From positions 6,466-70,465 of the forward strand of contig CACLRR010000001.1 of NCBI GenBank assembly GCA_902609415.1: a stretch of DNA of 64,000 bases, in the 5' to 3' direction. The notes beneath the pieces are model-generated. The model did not search any database. It saw only the letters and a list, made by a program, of their open reading frames with translations, and had not been told where the DNA came from. Origin of the DNA: an uncultured Chlamydiae bacterium (GTDB taxonomy: Bacteria > Chlamydiota > Chlamydiia > Chlamydiales > CACLRR01). Shown one piece after another: positions 14,529 through 24,590 of this stretch. A program made the position numbers and the translations under genes. The stretch's first letter is position 1, and every line of letters begins with the position of its first letter.

Positions 14529-17114
14529 CTAAGCAAAAATAGAGAAAAACCCCATGCGTTCCAACGCATTTCCTATAACAACACCTTTTAAAATCCTTGT
14601 ACCGTCATGTGCGATAGATGATCTAAACATTTCCATATCATAATCATACGCAAATTGAGTCTTTAACTCTTCCTTCCTTCTCCTATAAAATGAGAGAGGA
14701 TCATCAGAAGACATCAATCTTGCAACATCAACCTTCAATAGAGCTAACAAATTTGCCCTATTTAACAAATGAGCAAAGAAATCATCCTTCCTTTCATAAA
14801 ACTCTCTTGCCAACGATTCATCCTTTATAAGACCTGTAGCCAATTTAATAAATAATGCTTCCTGCATTCCTGTAACCCTTAACATAGAAACCATCTTCTC
14901 CCTTTTTCCTTCTCGAACTCTAGATAACAATCGATCCAATTCTCGTTGTGATTCTTTGCTAAAACTCGTTAAACTACCCTTTATTTCTTTCTTATAGCTA
15001 TGCCAATGCTTTTGCCTTTCTTCTGCAGACACTGATCTTCTAAATTCATTAAACATATTTTCACATACATAATCATAAAATAATTCAGCAAAGTCACTCT
15101 CTTTTCTCATTTTATCTACTAATCTATCAATTAGGACCCGTGCAGAATATTGCTTAATAAAAGCTACATAAAATTCCTTACCTGAAAAGGCATCAGCACC
15201 TAAGGGATCGAAAACAGTTGGATGCCCTAATAGAAATTGTTCAAGAAAATAACGTCGATGACCCCATATATGCGCATCCTCCTCTTCTTCTTCCATGTGC
15301 CCGATGCGTTCCTCTTCACAATAGCTTTCTGCACCTATTGCAAGCTCACGTCCAACCATCATATGAATCCCATCAGGCTCAACTTTTGTAATTGCATTAA
15401 CCATCGTTACACACTCGCCCAACCAAGCCGCACCACATCTTGTACATGCCATTAAGAAATCCAACTTTTCTAGCGTCATATCCTCATTATAATGTGCTCC
15501 AAGTATCCCTATATACTTCTTAATTTGTTGATAAAATGACCGTAACTCTTCTCCCCCTTTTGGTGTCCCGATATAAGGACTCTCAGATTTTATCCTTGTA
15601 CTTAGTGAAGCTCGCATCTCCTCTAAATGGCACCTAATAGCTTTATAAAGTGCCTCCTCTGATTCATAATCTTCTACATTTGTATAATAAAAACCAATCT
15701 GCTCACAGTCAATATCAGATAGCTCCTCATAAGAAAGCTCATTAATAAAATTTCTCAAATCAACATCAACAAATTCTCGCCAGTCAACACTTTTAACAGC
15801 AACCCCTCCTCTAGATTGAATACGCAATTTGTGAGGAATCCCAGAATAGAGATAAAACTTTCCCTCAATCATAGAATTTTCTTTGTATTTCGGATCTTCG
15901 GCACACACTCGCTGTGCGAAAACAAGGCTTACATTCCTATTGTTTGCCCATAATTCCTTATATAAAGAAGGCTGAACATCTAAAACCTTCAATGCAAATC
16001 GAGTATCCTCCAGAAGTGCTCTAGAAACATACGGCCTTGCCTCTGGTATTCTTACAACTATACGCGCAAGATTCTCTCTATATATCTGCTCGCTTTGATC
16101 AATCAATGATAACGCATCTACATTATGAGAGACGGCAAAAAAAAGATAATGATGCGCATCTTCTGCAGATAAAAACTGTAATACCTGATAATTCCTTAGT
16201 ATACATTTTTGAATATACACTTGATGCTTTCGATCACGCACAAAGGGTTTTGGCAACAACGCAAAAGCGCCAACGTTGCTATCTAATTGTGAATAGATAA
16301 ACTCTGCTTTCAATTCGGATGTAAGATCATCATCTAGAACTAAACCTGTTAACATATGGGGCGCTATTTTCAAAAAAATGAGCACTAACTCACCATCACA
16401 CTTATAATGGCCTAGCAATGATGTAAAAATCTTTACGTTGCTTGCCTTAATCCTTCTAAGAATCTGTTCTTGCTCATCCTTATCTTGTATATGCTTGAGA
16501 AGATCAAAACAATCAAATACTGCGGGCAAAACCCAACTCACTGACCTTGCAAAGTCAGGAAGTTGAGAGTACAATTGAGGGAATTCCTTCAAAAACCCTA
16601 TGACTCTTTTTCTAGAAATACTCCCTCGCGGGAAATCACTTAACAACCTTTTATCCCTCGCAAAAGCCTCATTACATATCCATTCACAATTCTTAATCTC
16701 ATCTGGTAAATGTCTATATATAGCAGGTTGAACCTTACTAATCATCTCACGTGCATATCGTCTTCTTACGCGTATATCAATTCCTTCTGGTGCAAATATA
16801 CTCTGTAGAGGAGAATCTTCATATTCCTCTGCATTACAAACTATCCTACCTAACCAATGACAAATAAGTAATGGATTTATAGTTATCCCTAACCTTCTAT
16901 CTCCTGATAACCTTTTTGCTAATTCATTAAATATAACACCCCCCTGATAGCTAGAACCTACTAACTCACTCAAAGAAGCTGAAGCTTGTCTACAAATCCG
17001 CTTTTGTGCAGCTTCTTGCACTCTATCATCTGAAGGTTCACGTCCTCTCTTAAGGTGGAAAGATTTCTCTATCTCAAGTTTTCTTAATTCCTTTGACTCC
17101 CTTAATGCCTCCAC
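14529..17114 (-). CDS. Hypothetical large protein (861 aa), no domain confidently recognised
   Basis: Long uninterrupted ORF. GTG start at 17114 with AGGAG 7 nt upstream. The N-terminal half has loosely repeated helical segments. The central part has a Cys/His-containing region and an acidic run (ACTRCGAAWLGEC...HMEEEEEDAHIWGHRRYF). Confidence 0.65.
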   Translation of the reverse strand: MEALRESKELRKLEIEKSFHLKRGREPSDDRVQEAAQKRICRQASASLSELVGSSYQGGVIFNELAKRLSGDRRLGITINPLLICHWLGRIVCNAEEYEDSPLQSIFAPEGIDIRVRRRYAREMISKVQPAIYRHLPDEIKNCEWICNEAFARDKRLLSDFPRGSISRKRVIGFLKEFPQLYSQLPDFARSVSWVLPAVFDCFDLLKHIQDKDEQEQILRRIKASNVKIFTSLLGHYKCDGELVLIFLKIAPHMLTGLVLDDDLTSELKAEFIYSQLDSNVGAFALLPKPFVRDRKHQVYIQKCILRNYQVLQFLSAEDAHHYLFFAVSHNVDALSLIDQSEQIYRENLARIVVRIPEARPYVSRALLEDTRFALKVLDVQPSLYKELWANNRNVSLVFAQRVCAEDPKYKENSMIEGKFYLYSGIPHKLRIQSRGGVAVKSVDWREFVDVDLRNFINELSYEELSDIDCEQIGFYYTNVEDYESEEALYKAIRCHLEEMRASLSTRIKSESPYIGTPKGGEELRSFYQQIKKYIGILGAHYNEDMTLEKLDFLMACTRCGAAWLGECVTMVNAITKVEPDGIHMMVGRELAIGAESYCEEERIGHMEEEEEDAHIWGHRRYFLEQFLLGHPTVFDPLGADAFSGKEFYVAFIKQYSARVLIDRLVDKMRKESDFAELFYDYVCENMFNEFRRSVSAEERQKHWHSYKKEIKGSLTSFSKESQRELDRLLSRVREGKREKMVSMLRVTGMQEALFIKLATGLIKDESLAREFYERKDDFFAHLLNRANLLALLKVDVARLMSSDDPLSFYRRRKEELKTQFAYDYDMEMFRSSIAHDGTRILKGVVIGNALERMGFFSIFA

Positions 17115-17242
17115 CCAAACTCCTATTATATTTATTATTTAGCGTAAGGATTTTACAGAGATGCGATTTAAGTTAAATATAATAATATAAAAACTATTGT
17201 TTGATCCAATAGATCTACCTTTTTATATGGATTTCCTTTAAT

Positions 17243-20176
17243 ATGGGTAGAAAAATTGCAAATTCAGGATATACAATGCTACCAACTCTATTCAAAAAAC
17301 TATTTGGCACCGCTCAAACAAGAAAGGTCAACCAATATCTAAAACTTGTAGCGCTTGTTAATAAAGAAGAGGTAGCACTTCAACAACTTACCGATACTCA
17401 ACTTAAAGAAAAAACTGCACTTTTTAAAAAGCGTCTAGAAGCAGGAGAGACAACAGATGATATACTTGTAGAAGCCTATGCTGTAGTAAAAAACACTTGT
17501 AGAAGGCTTATGGGGAAAGAGATCCATGTCTCTGGCTACGACCAAAAGTGGGATATGATCCCCTATGATGTTCAAATTGCTGCAGCCATAGCGATGCACT
17601 ACGGAGCAATTAGTGAGATGCAAACAGGTGAAGGGAAAACGCTAACAGCGGCACTCCCAATATACCTACATGCCCTTACAAAAAAAGCTGTCCATCTTGT
17701 GACTGTTAATGACTACCTTGCAAAACGTGATGTAGCTTGGATTGGAGAAATATTTAGGTGGCATAAGCTTTCCATTTGCGCTCTTACAAATGATACACCT
17801 CATGACCAAAGGAAAGAAGTGTATAATAGTGATATTGTCTATGGAACAGCCTCTGAATTTGGATTTGACTACCTAAGAGACAACTCCATGGCGACAATGA
17901 AAGAAGAACAGTGTCAACGTGGATACTACTTTGCTGTTATCGATGAAATTGATTCGATCCTCATCGATGAAGCAAGAACACCCCTTATCATTTCAGGACC
18001 CGCACGTGAATCAAAACAAATGTACGATGAACTTAAAACTCCCGTCCTTTCCATTGTAAAAAAACAGCTACAACTATGTACTAAACTCGCAGAACAATCA
18101 AAAAAGACCCTAGAGAAACTAGGGCTTCTTTCTCAAGTAGAAGAAAAAATCAAGCTCTCTAAAGAAGATAATGAAATAAAAATCGCAGCCATTAAGGATT
18201 TATGGCTTGTCTCTAAAGGCGCACCTATCCATAAAACCCTCCGAGTAATCAAAGAAAATCCAGATATGCGTTTTGAGCTTGAAACAATCGAAACCTACTT
18301 TTATGCAGAGCCCAACAAAGAAGAACGCCTCAACAAATTAGGTGAACTTTACGTCACTATCGATGAAAAAAATAGCGACTACGAACTAACAGATAAAGGT
18401 ATTCAAGAGAGTGAAGAATCAGCAGTATCATTTACTATGCTAGATCTTGGAGAAGAATATGCCCTTATTGATAATAACAACGATCTTTCAGATGAAGAGA
18501 AAATGAAAAAAAAGATCGAACTACGTGAAGAAGACGCAACACGAAAAGAACAAGCTCATAACCTTAGACAATTATTCAGAGCACACCTACTCATGGCAAA
18601 AGATGTTGACTACATTATTAAAGAAAAAAAGATCGTCATTATTGATGAAAATACAGGAAGAGCTCAACCAGGAAGACGTTTTTCTGATGGATTACACCAG
18701 GCAATTGAAGCAAAAGAGAACCTAAAGGTTCAAGCTGAATCCCAAACTTATGCTCAAGTCACCCTCCAGAACTATTTCCGTCTCTATGACAGACTCTCTG
18801 GAATGACTGGAACAGCTATTACTGAAGCTTCAGAATTCAAAGCTACATATGGGCTAGAGGTTCTATGTATCCCTACAAATAAAAAATGTGTTCGTAAGGA
18901 TAACAACGATTTAATGTATATGTCAGAGAGAGAAAAATATAATGCAATAGTCAAAGAAATCAAGGAATTACATGAACAAGGCAGGCCAATACTCCTTGGA
19001 ACCGAATCAGTTGACGCCTCAGAAAAAATCTCTAAAATTCTTAAAAGCCATAACCTAAAATTCTCCATTCTTAATGCTAAAAACCACGAAAAAGAAGCCG
19101 AAATTATTGCTCTTGCCGGCTCAAAAGGAGCAATTACTGTAGCTACAAACATGGCAGGTAGAGGAACAGATATTAAGCTGGGAGATGGTGTTGCAAATCT
19201 TGGAGGTCTCCATGTTCTTGGAACAACCCGCCACCAATCCAGAAGAATTGATCGCCAACTACGCGGAAGATGTGGAAGACAAGGAGATCCAGGGAGCTCC
19301 AGATTTTATGTCTCATTCGAAGATGAACTCATGCGCCTCTTTAACTCATCAAGATTTGCTTCAATCCTACAGAAAATGCGACCTCCCGAAGGAGAAGCAA
19401 TTGAAGCTAGTATCCTTAACCGATCTATAGAAACAGCACAAAAACGTATTGAACAAAGAAATTTCAGCTACAGAAAACATACCCTCGAATATGACGATGT
19501 AATGAATAAACAACGAACTGAGGTCTACCAATTCAGAAATAGAACCATCCATTCTGAAGACCCCTTTGAAGTTGCTTTTGAAACACTCACTAATATCACA
19601 CATGAAATGGCACACTCCTTCCTTGAAACAAAAGATGAACCTGGCAAATGGAACCCTGAAGAATTTAGAAAAACTCTTACCAATTATTTCCCCGTTTCTA
19701 TCAAAGAAAATGCCTATAGCGACGACTATATGACCTGTGAGAATATTGCAAAAGACGCTTCACTAAAAGTGATTCATGCCTTTAAACGCAAACTTCAATA
19801 TGAATCAAGGACACTTGCGGCAATACAAAAAGCTTCTAAGCAAGAGGTTAATCCTGTTCCTATTCTACATAATATTATCCGCTCAATGATCATAAAATCT
19901 ATCGACAGCGAATGGCAAAAACACCTTCTTCAGATAGATCATCTTAGAACAGAGGTCAATATGCGTACAGTCGCACAAAAAGATCCTCTCATGGAATTCA
20001 AGCACGAGTCATTTAGACTATTTTCCAACTTCAGACATACAATTAATAAAAATTTAGCAAAAATCCTCTTTAGCTTTGGAATGATGCCACCAGAAGATGC
20101 AAAAGTTAGGGATCAGCTTGCAGCTCTTCAAAATCAAATTCCACTCAATTCCTTCATTTCTCTAGAGAAGGTCTAA
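17243..20176 (+). CDS. secA: Preprotein translocase ATPase SecA
   Basis: 977-aa ORF. MQTGEGKTLTA (Walker A), VIDEIDSILIDEARTPLIISG, TNMAGRGTDIKLG, RQLRGRCGRQGDPG. The probable true start is Met-12 (MLPTLFKKLFG, 17276). Confidence 0.95.
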   Translation: MGRKIANSGYTMLPTLFKKLFGTAQTRKVNQYLKLVALVNKEEVALQQLTDTQLKEKTALFKKRLEAGETTDDILVEAYAVVKNTCRRLMGKEIHVSGYDQKWDMIPYDVQIAAAIAMHYGAISEMQTGEGKTLTAALPIYLHALTKKAVHLVTVNDYLAKRDVAWIGEIFRWHKLSICALTNDTPHDQRKEVYNSDIVYGTASEFGFDYLRDNSMATMKEEQCQRGYYFAVIDEIDSILIDEARTPLIISGPARESKQMYDELKTPVLSIVKKQLQLCTKLAEQSKKTLEKLGLLSQVEEKIKLSKEDNEIKIAAIKDLWLVSKGAPIHKTLRVIKENPDMRFELETIETYFYAEPNKEERLNKLGELYVTIDEKNSDYELTDKGIQESEESAVSFTMLDLGEEYALIDNNNDLSDEEKMKKKIELREEDATRKEQAHNLRQLFRAHLLMAKDVDYIIKEKKIVIIDENTGRAQPGRRFSDGLHQAIEAKENLKVQAESQTYAQVTLQNYFRLYDRLSGMTGTAITEASEFKATYGLEVLCIPTNKKCVRKDNNDLMYMSEREKYNAIVKEIKELHEQGRPILLGTESVDASEKISKILKSHNLKFSILNAKNHEKEAEIIALAGSKGAITVATNMAGRGTDIKLGDGVANLGGLHVLGTTRHQSRRIDRQLRGRCGRQGDPGSSRFYVSFEDELMRLFNSSRFASILQKMRPPEGEAIEASILNRSIETAQKRIEQRNFSYRKHTLEYDDVMNKQRTEVYQFRNRTIHSEDPFEVAFETLTNITHEMAHSFLETKDEPGKWNPEEFRKTLTNYFPVSIKENAYSDDYMTCENIAKDASLKVIHAFKRKLQYESRTLAAIQKASKQEVNPVPILHNIIRSMIIKSIDSEWQKHLLQIDHLRTEVNMRTVAQKDPLMEFKHESFRLFSNFRHTINKNLAKILFSFGMMPPEDAKVRDQLAALQNQIPLNSFISLEKV

Positions 20177-20177
20177 A

Positions 20178-20705
20178 TCATTCATCTTGGGTAAGTTTCT
20201 TCCATCCAAGATAAAAAAAGGGTAGAGACAATAGGATATAGGCAAACCAAAATCTGGCCTTCCACTCAAGTTGCAGGAGGCCACCTTCTGAAAAGAAAAA
20301 AAGTAGCCATCCAAGTGTAAATATCTGTCCACCTATTGAAAGTAATAATAAGGAAAATAAGCTAGAAGAACTCTTTTCCTCCCTATTATCATGCGCAATG
20401 GCCTCCCTGCTCATAGCAGCTTCTGATCCTCTTGCGTCCTGATTATAGGAATAAACCTTTCTCTCCTCCTGCTCTGGAGGTTCTTCTTTAAAATAGGAAG
20501 ATGCACTTGCTCCATTTCCTTGATAGGGTGGCGCATAAAAATGCGCTAGATTCTCCTCAGTATAGTCCTGATCTGTTCGAGCTGTACTCTTTTTCTCATG
20601 GAGAAGAGCTGCTCCGCAATAGATACACTCCGTTAATTCAAAGTCAAGTCTACCCTCACAAAAAGGGCAGAGTTTCAATCGTTGGTGGTCATCACTCATT
20701 GGCAT
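20178..20705 (-). CDS. Hypothetical membrane protein with N-terminal zinc-ribbon
   Basis: 175-aa ORF. CPFCEGRL..CIYCGA (CxxC..CxxC) and two C-terminal hydrophobic helices. Its stop is 1 nt from the secA stop (convergent). Confidence 0.55.
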   Translation of the reverse strand: MPMSDDHQRLKLCPFCEGRLDFELTECIYCGAALLHEKKSTARTDQDYTEENLAHFYAPPYQGNGASASSYFKEEPPEQEERKVYSYNQDARGSEAAMSREAIAHDNREEKSSSSLFSLLLLSIGGQIFTLGWLLFFFSEGGLLQLEWKARFWFAYILLSLPFFYLGWKKLTQDE

Positions 20706-20805
20706 TCATGCATAAATATAGCTATATTTTAGAGTAGCCAATATTTTGATATTTGTAAAGAATTCAAGGTAGCTGTATTGTTGTAAGGTACATAGCGAGG
20801 GTGAT

Positions 20806-21201
20806 ATGAAAATCCCTATAGCTTATAAACCCGCAAACCTAGAATTTCATGCTCTACACAAATATACTACATATAATGAAGATCAACCTCAATCAGGCTA
20901 CTATGCAGTTATCTCATTAGATGGAAAACTACAAGAAGAAATATCTCGCATTGATGAATCAATAATTCATTCATTTCTTAAATTAGAAACTATAAGTCAG
21001 CTTTCTAAAAAATTTGAGGGTCTCGATGTTACAATCATCGGACCTCAGAAACAACTATATACTGGACAACTTTCTACCTGTCCTAATTCTCGCCTGAAGA
21101 TACTTAGTGGGCCAATTCAACTTCTACCTAGCAATGGATCGCCTCTAGGCCTCGTACTCAATGAAAGAAATATAAACATCTTGCTTTCACGGAAAACCTA
21201 A
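20806..21201 (+). CDS. Hypothetical protein
   Basis: 131-aa ORF upstream of lpdA on the same strand. No motif recognised. Confidence 0.45.
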   Translation: MKIPIAYKPANLEFHALHKYTTYNEDQPQSGYYAVISLDGKLQEEISRIDESIIHSFLKLETISQLSKKFEGLDVTIIGPQKQLYTGQLSTCPNSRLKILSGPIQLLPSNGSPLGLVLNERNINILLSRKT

Positions 21202-21267
21202 CACAAAATCCTAATTAATTTTAATCTTACTATAGAAAGATAATAAAGGAATTGATAGGATGATGAT

Positions 21268-22644
21268 ATGGATGAGGCTTATGTTGATATTTTAGTCATT
21301 GGTGCAGGACCTGCTGGCTATCCTGCTGCCATTAAAGGTGCACAATCAGGGAAAAAAGTAGCAATTATTGAAAAAAAGGATCTAGGTGGCACCTGCCTCA
21401 ACGTCGGTTGTATACCCTCTAAATCGCTTCTCTATCATACTGAACACCTTTCTACAACCTCTTCATTTCAAGATATATCTAAGAAGAAAAGCGATGCGAT
21501 AGTTACACTAAGAAAAGGTATAAATTACCTACTTAAGAAAAACAAGATTACTTTATACGAGGCAGAAGCATACTTTCCTCTTGAAGGAAACCATAATCCT
21601 GATAGGAATACAGTCATTGTTCATGCAAAAAATGAAACTACAAATACAAAAATAACAGCAAAAAATGTCATTATTGCAACAGGTTCAACACCTGCAATAC
21701 ATCCATCTCTAATGAAATATAAAGAGCTTATGCTCACAACCGATTATATTTTTTCATTAGAGAAACCTCCTAAATCAATAATCATTATAGGTGGCGGTTA
21801 TATTGGACTTGAAATGGCTACAGTATTCGCTAGGTTTGGATCTAAGGTAACCATAATCGAAGCACTAGATGCTCCTGTTAAAGAACTAGGACCTACTATT
21901 AGCACATTTATGCAAGAAGAGATAAAAAAATTAAAAATAGATCTCCGCCTAAATTGCAAAGTTGAACGTGTTGAAAAAAAGAACAATGAAAAAAATGTAT
22001 TTGTGTCAACACAAGAAAAACCATTCTCTGCAGAAGAAATCCTAATTTGTACAGGTAGAACCCCACATGCAGACAATCTTGGTTTAGAAAACCTTCCCTT
22101 AATCATGAAGAATGAATTTATCCAAGTTAATGAACAATTCCAAACTAACTTCCCAAATATTTATGCTATCGGTGATGTCTCATCAAAAAGTAGAGCAATG
22201 CTTGCGCATGTTGCGTCAGACCAAGCTGAAGCAGTTATTGATATCATTTGTCACAACACCACACATCAACGATACGAACACCATATACCAGCAGTAGTAT
22301 ATACCCTGCCTGAAGTTGCTGTAGTTGGCTATGGCGAAGAAAATCAAATCGTTAAAAAAGCACAAAATATAAAAATTCCAGTAGCATCTAATGGTAAGGC
22401 TGTTGCTACTGAAAACACATCAGGTTTTGTACAGATCTTCTGGGACAAAGATACTCATGAAATTGTTCGAGCAGTTATTGTAGCAAAAGGAGCTGGAGAT
22501 ATGATCTCTACATTCACTCTTGCTATGATTGCAGAATTAACTATTGAGGAAATAGCTAGGACCATCTTCCCTCATCCAACAATTTCTGAAGTGATCAAGG
22601 AAGCAGCCTCTGTTGCAACTAATGGTAAGGCCATCCATGTATAA
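21268..22644 (+). CDS. lpdA: Dihydrolipoyl dehydrogenase (E3)
   Basis: 458-aa ORF. VIGAGPAGY (FAD fold), GGTCLNVGCIPSK redox-active disulfide, IIGGGYIGLEMA (NAD fold), C-terminal HPTISE. Confidence 0.9.
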   Translation: MDEAYVDILVIGAGPAGYPAAIKGAQSGKKVAIIEKKDLGGTCLNVGCIPSKSLLYHTEHLSTTSSFQDISKKKSDAIVTLRKGINYLLKKNKITLYEAEAYFPLEGNHNPDRNTVIVHAKNETTNTKITAKNVIIATGSTPAIHPSLMKYKELMLTTDYIFSLEKPPKSIIIIGGGYIGLEMATVFARFGSKVTIIEALDAPVKELGPTISTFMQEEIKKLKIDLRLNCKVERVEKKNNEKNVFVSTQEKPFSAEEILICTGRTPHADNLGLENLPLIMKNEFIQVNEQFQTNFPNIYAIGDVSSKSRAMLAHVASDQAEAVIDIICHNTTHQRYEHHIPAVVYTLPEVAVVGYGEENQIVKKAQNIKIPVASNGKAVATENTSGFVQIFWDKDTHEIVRAVIVAKGAGDMISTFTLAMIAELTIEEIARTIFPHPTISEVIKEAASVATNGKAIHV

Positions 22645-22652
22645 GGAAAATT

Positions 22653-23561
22653 ATGGGCTTTAAAATCCACGATGAAAAAAAGAAACGCCTTCCAATGGCA
22701 CCATGGCTAAGACAGAAAATTACAAGTTCAATGAATGCATATAAAACTGAAGGTATTGTTAAGGAATATGGACTTAACACAGTATGTGAAGAAGCAAAAT
22801 GCCCTAACCGCTTTCAGTGTTACACTCAACACACTGCAACCTTTCTTGCTCTTGGAAAAGCCTGCACACGCGCATGCTCATTCTGTGAAATTGATTTTGA
22901 TAAAAATCCAGCCCCACTAGATCCCGAAGAACCCAATAAAATCGCTCAATCTATTTCTCTACTCAAGCTTAAGCATGCCGTTATTACAATGGTTGCACGA
23001 GATGATCTTGAAGATGGAGGCGCCCTCCAGATAAAAAAGATAGTTCAAGCTATCTATAAAAAAAATCCCCAAATAACAACAGAAATTCTTACTTCAGACT
23101 TTCATCAAAACCAAGACGCTCTTCGTTGCGTTATGTCTGCTGCACCTTCAATCTTTAATCACAACATAGAAACAACAAAAGACCTAACACCCAAAGTAAG
23201 ACATAAAGCCACCTATCAGGGCTCATTAAAAGTGCTCTCCTTTGTTAAAAACCATTATAATAATGTCTTTGTCAAATCAGGAATCATGCTCGGTTTTGGG
23301 GAATCAATCGACAGTGTAAAAAAAACAATTCAAGATCTATACAATGCAGGTTGTGATATCATTACTATTGGTCAATACCTTCAACCTAGTCAAAAGAAAA
23401 TTAAACTAAAAGAATATGTTAAACCTGAAGTCTTTGACCTTCTCAAAGTCTATGGAGAAGATCTAGGCGTTCCCTTCATGCATACAGGACCCTTTATCCG
23501 CTCTAGCTATAATGCCGGAGCCGTCCTAGATCAGCTTCTTCAAAAAAAGAGACACCCTTGA
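22653..23561 (+). CDS. lipA: Lipoyl synthase (radical SAM)
   Basis: 302-aa ORF. CEEAKCPNRFQC and CTRACSFCEI Cys clusters. Immediately downstream of lpdA. Confidence 0.92.
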   Translation: MGFKIHDEKKKRLPMAPWLRQKITSSMNAYKTEGIVKEYGLNTVCEEAKCPNRFQCYTQHTATFLALGKACTRACSFCEIDFDKNPAPLDPEEPNKIAQSISLLKLKHAVITMVARDDLEDGGALQIKKIVQAIYKKNPQITTEILTSDFHQNQDALRCVMSAAPSIFNHNIETTKDLTPKVRHKATYQGSLKVLSFVKNHYNNVFVKSGIMLGFGESIDSVKKTIQDLYNAGCDIITIGQYLQPSQKKIKLKEYVKPEVFDLLKVYGEDLGVPFMHTGPFIRSSYNAGAVLDQLLQKKRHP

Positions 23562-23613
23562 TTTTTATCCCCTCTTCTGCAAAAATTCTTCATAAAACTT
23601 AAGGTTTATACCT

Positions 23614-24510
23614 ATGTCTACGGATCAAATACCTCTACTCGATGAAGAAGATATCCTCATCCTAATGAACAGAGATGTGCATTTTGGAGGCAATTTTAAA
23701 ATAATGATTAACTATTATGAAGATGAAGACCATATAGGTATCAACGAAGAATTCAAACTAGATAGATTAAAAGAGCTAGCCCTCATTGAAGAACACCTTC
23801 AAGAAAACCTCTCGGACACTCTCCTCTCTGAACCAAATCAGCAAAAAATTAAGGTAATGCAGCAACTCTATGCACACTTTAGGGATTCGTATGAAAATGA
23901 TAATATCACACACGTTGCAAGACTACTTAGCGACCTAATCCTAACAGAAAATGAAAATCCTACTCACGAAATGAAGGCCTTGGTAGAAAAAAAAGAAGAA
24001 TCAATACCCCTTCTAATTAAGCTCATAGAATCCGATACCTTCTTTGACCACCTTTCTCCTGGCTATGGACGAGCTCCAGAACTTGCAGCACGATGCCTAG
24101 AGATTATGCAAGATAGAGTTGCACTAAAGCCGCTCTTTACAGCCATACGTGGTAAAAACTTCTTTCAAGATGAAGCTTTTTCAAGAGCAATTACCTCCTT
24201 TGGTAATGATGGTAAGGAATTCCTAATCAGTATTTTAAAATCCCGACCTTTAAGCTATGATCATGAAAAAGCACTTATTACGCTTCTTCGCTTCACTCCA
24301 AATAATAAAACCGCTCTAGAGGCCTTCTCTCTTCTTAAGGAAAGTAACCTCTCGGCACAGTCTTCTCTATTTAATTACCTACTTCTAGCATGTGAAGGGC
24401 TTAAAGAACCTTCTCTAAGAGAAGAACTTATAAACCATGTTTCCCTAAAAAAACTCTCCTCTCTACAAAAAGAAGATCTAGATCATATTATAAAAAGTTG
24501 GAAAAACTAA
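23614..24510 (+). CDS. Hypothetical protein (helical)
   Basis: 298-aa ORF. No motif recognised. Confidence 0.55.
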   Translation: MSTDQIPLLDEEDILILMNRDVHFGGNFKIMINYYEDEDHIGINEEFKLDRLKELALIEEHLQENLSDTLLSEPNQQKIKVMQQLYAHFRDSYENDNITHVARLLSDLILTENENPTHEMKALVEKKEESIPLLIKLIESDTFFDHLSPGYGRAPELAARCLEIMQDRVALKPLFTAIRGKNFFQDEAFSRAITSFGNDGKEFLISILKSRPLSYDHEKALITLLRFTPNNKTALEAFSLLKESNLSAQSSLFNYLLLACEGLKEPSLREELINHVSLKKLSSLQKEDLDHIIKSWKN

Positions 24511-24528
24511 TTATCTATTGATATAGAA

Positions 24529-24557
24529 TTGCCAAACTATTATATGTTTAATTATAA
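24529..24557 (+). promoter_or_regulatory. Putative sigma-70-type promoter upstream of glgC
   Basis: TTGCCA (24529-24534), 17-nt spacer, TTATAA (24552-24557), about 35 nt upstream of the ATG. AT-rich context, so chance matches are common. Confidence 0.25.
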
Positions 24558-24590
24558 ATTATATTTATAATTATATATATTTGAGTTCGG

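Noticed and set aside
1-17114. Base-composition shift as proof of horizontal transfer (island about 32 percent, orphan region about 40 percent, core about 36 percent G+C from hand-sampled lines)
   Set aside because: The sample is tiny (7, 4 and 9 lines of 60 nt) and the differences are small. It is reported as a hint only and needs a computed sliding-window GC and codon-usage analysis.
20714-20729. Perfect 16-bp palindrome AAATATAGCTATATTT just upstream of 20178..20705
   Set aside because: It is AT-rich. My rough estimate is that a few such 8+8 palindromes are expected by chance in 64 kb of this composition, and no second copy was seen.
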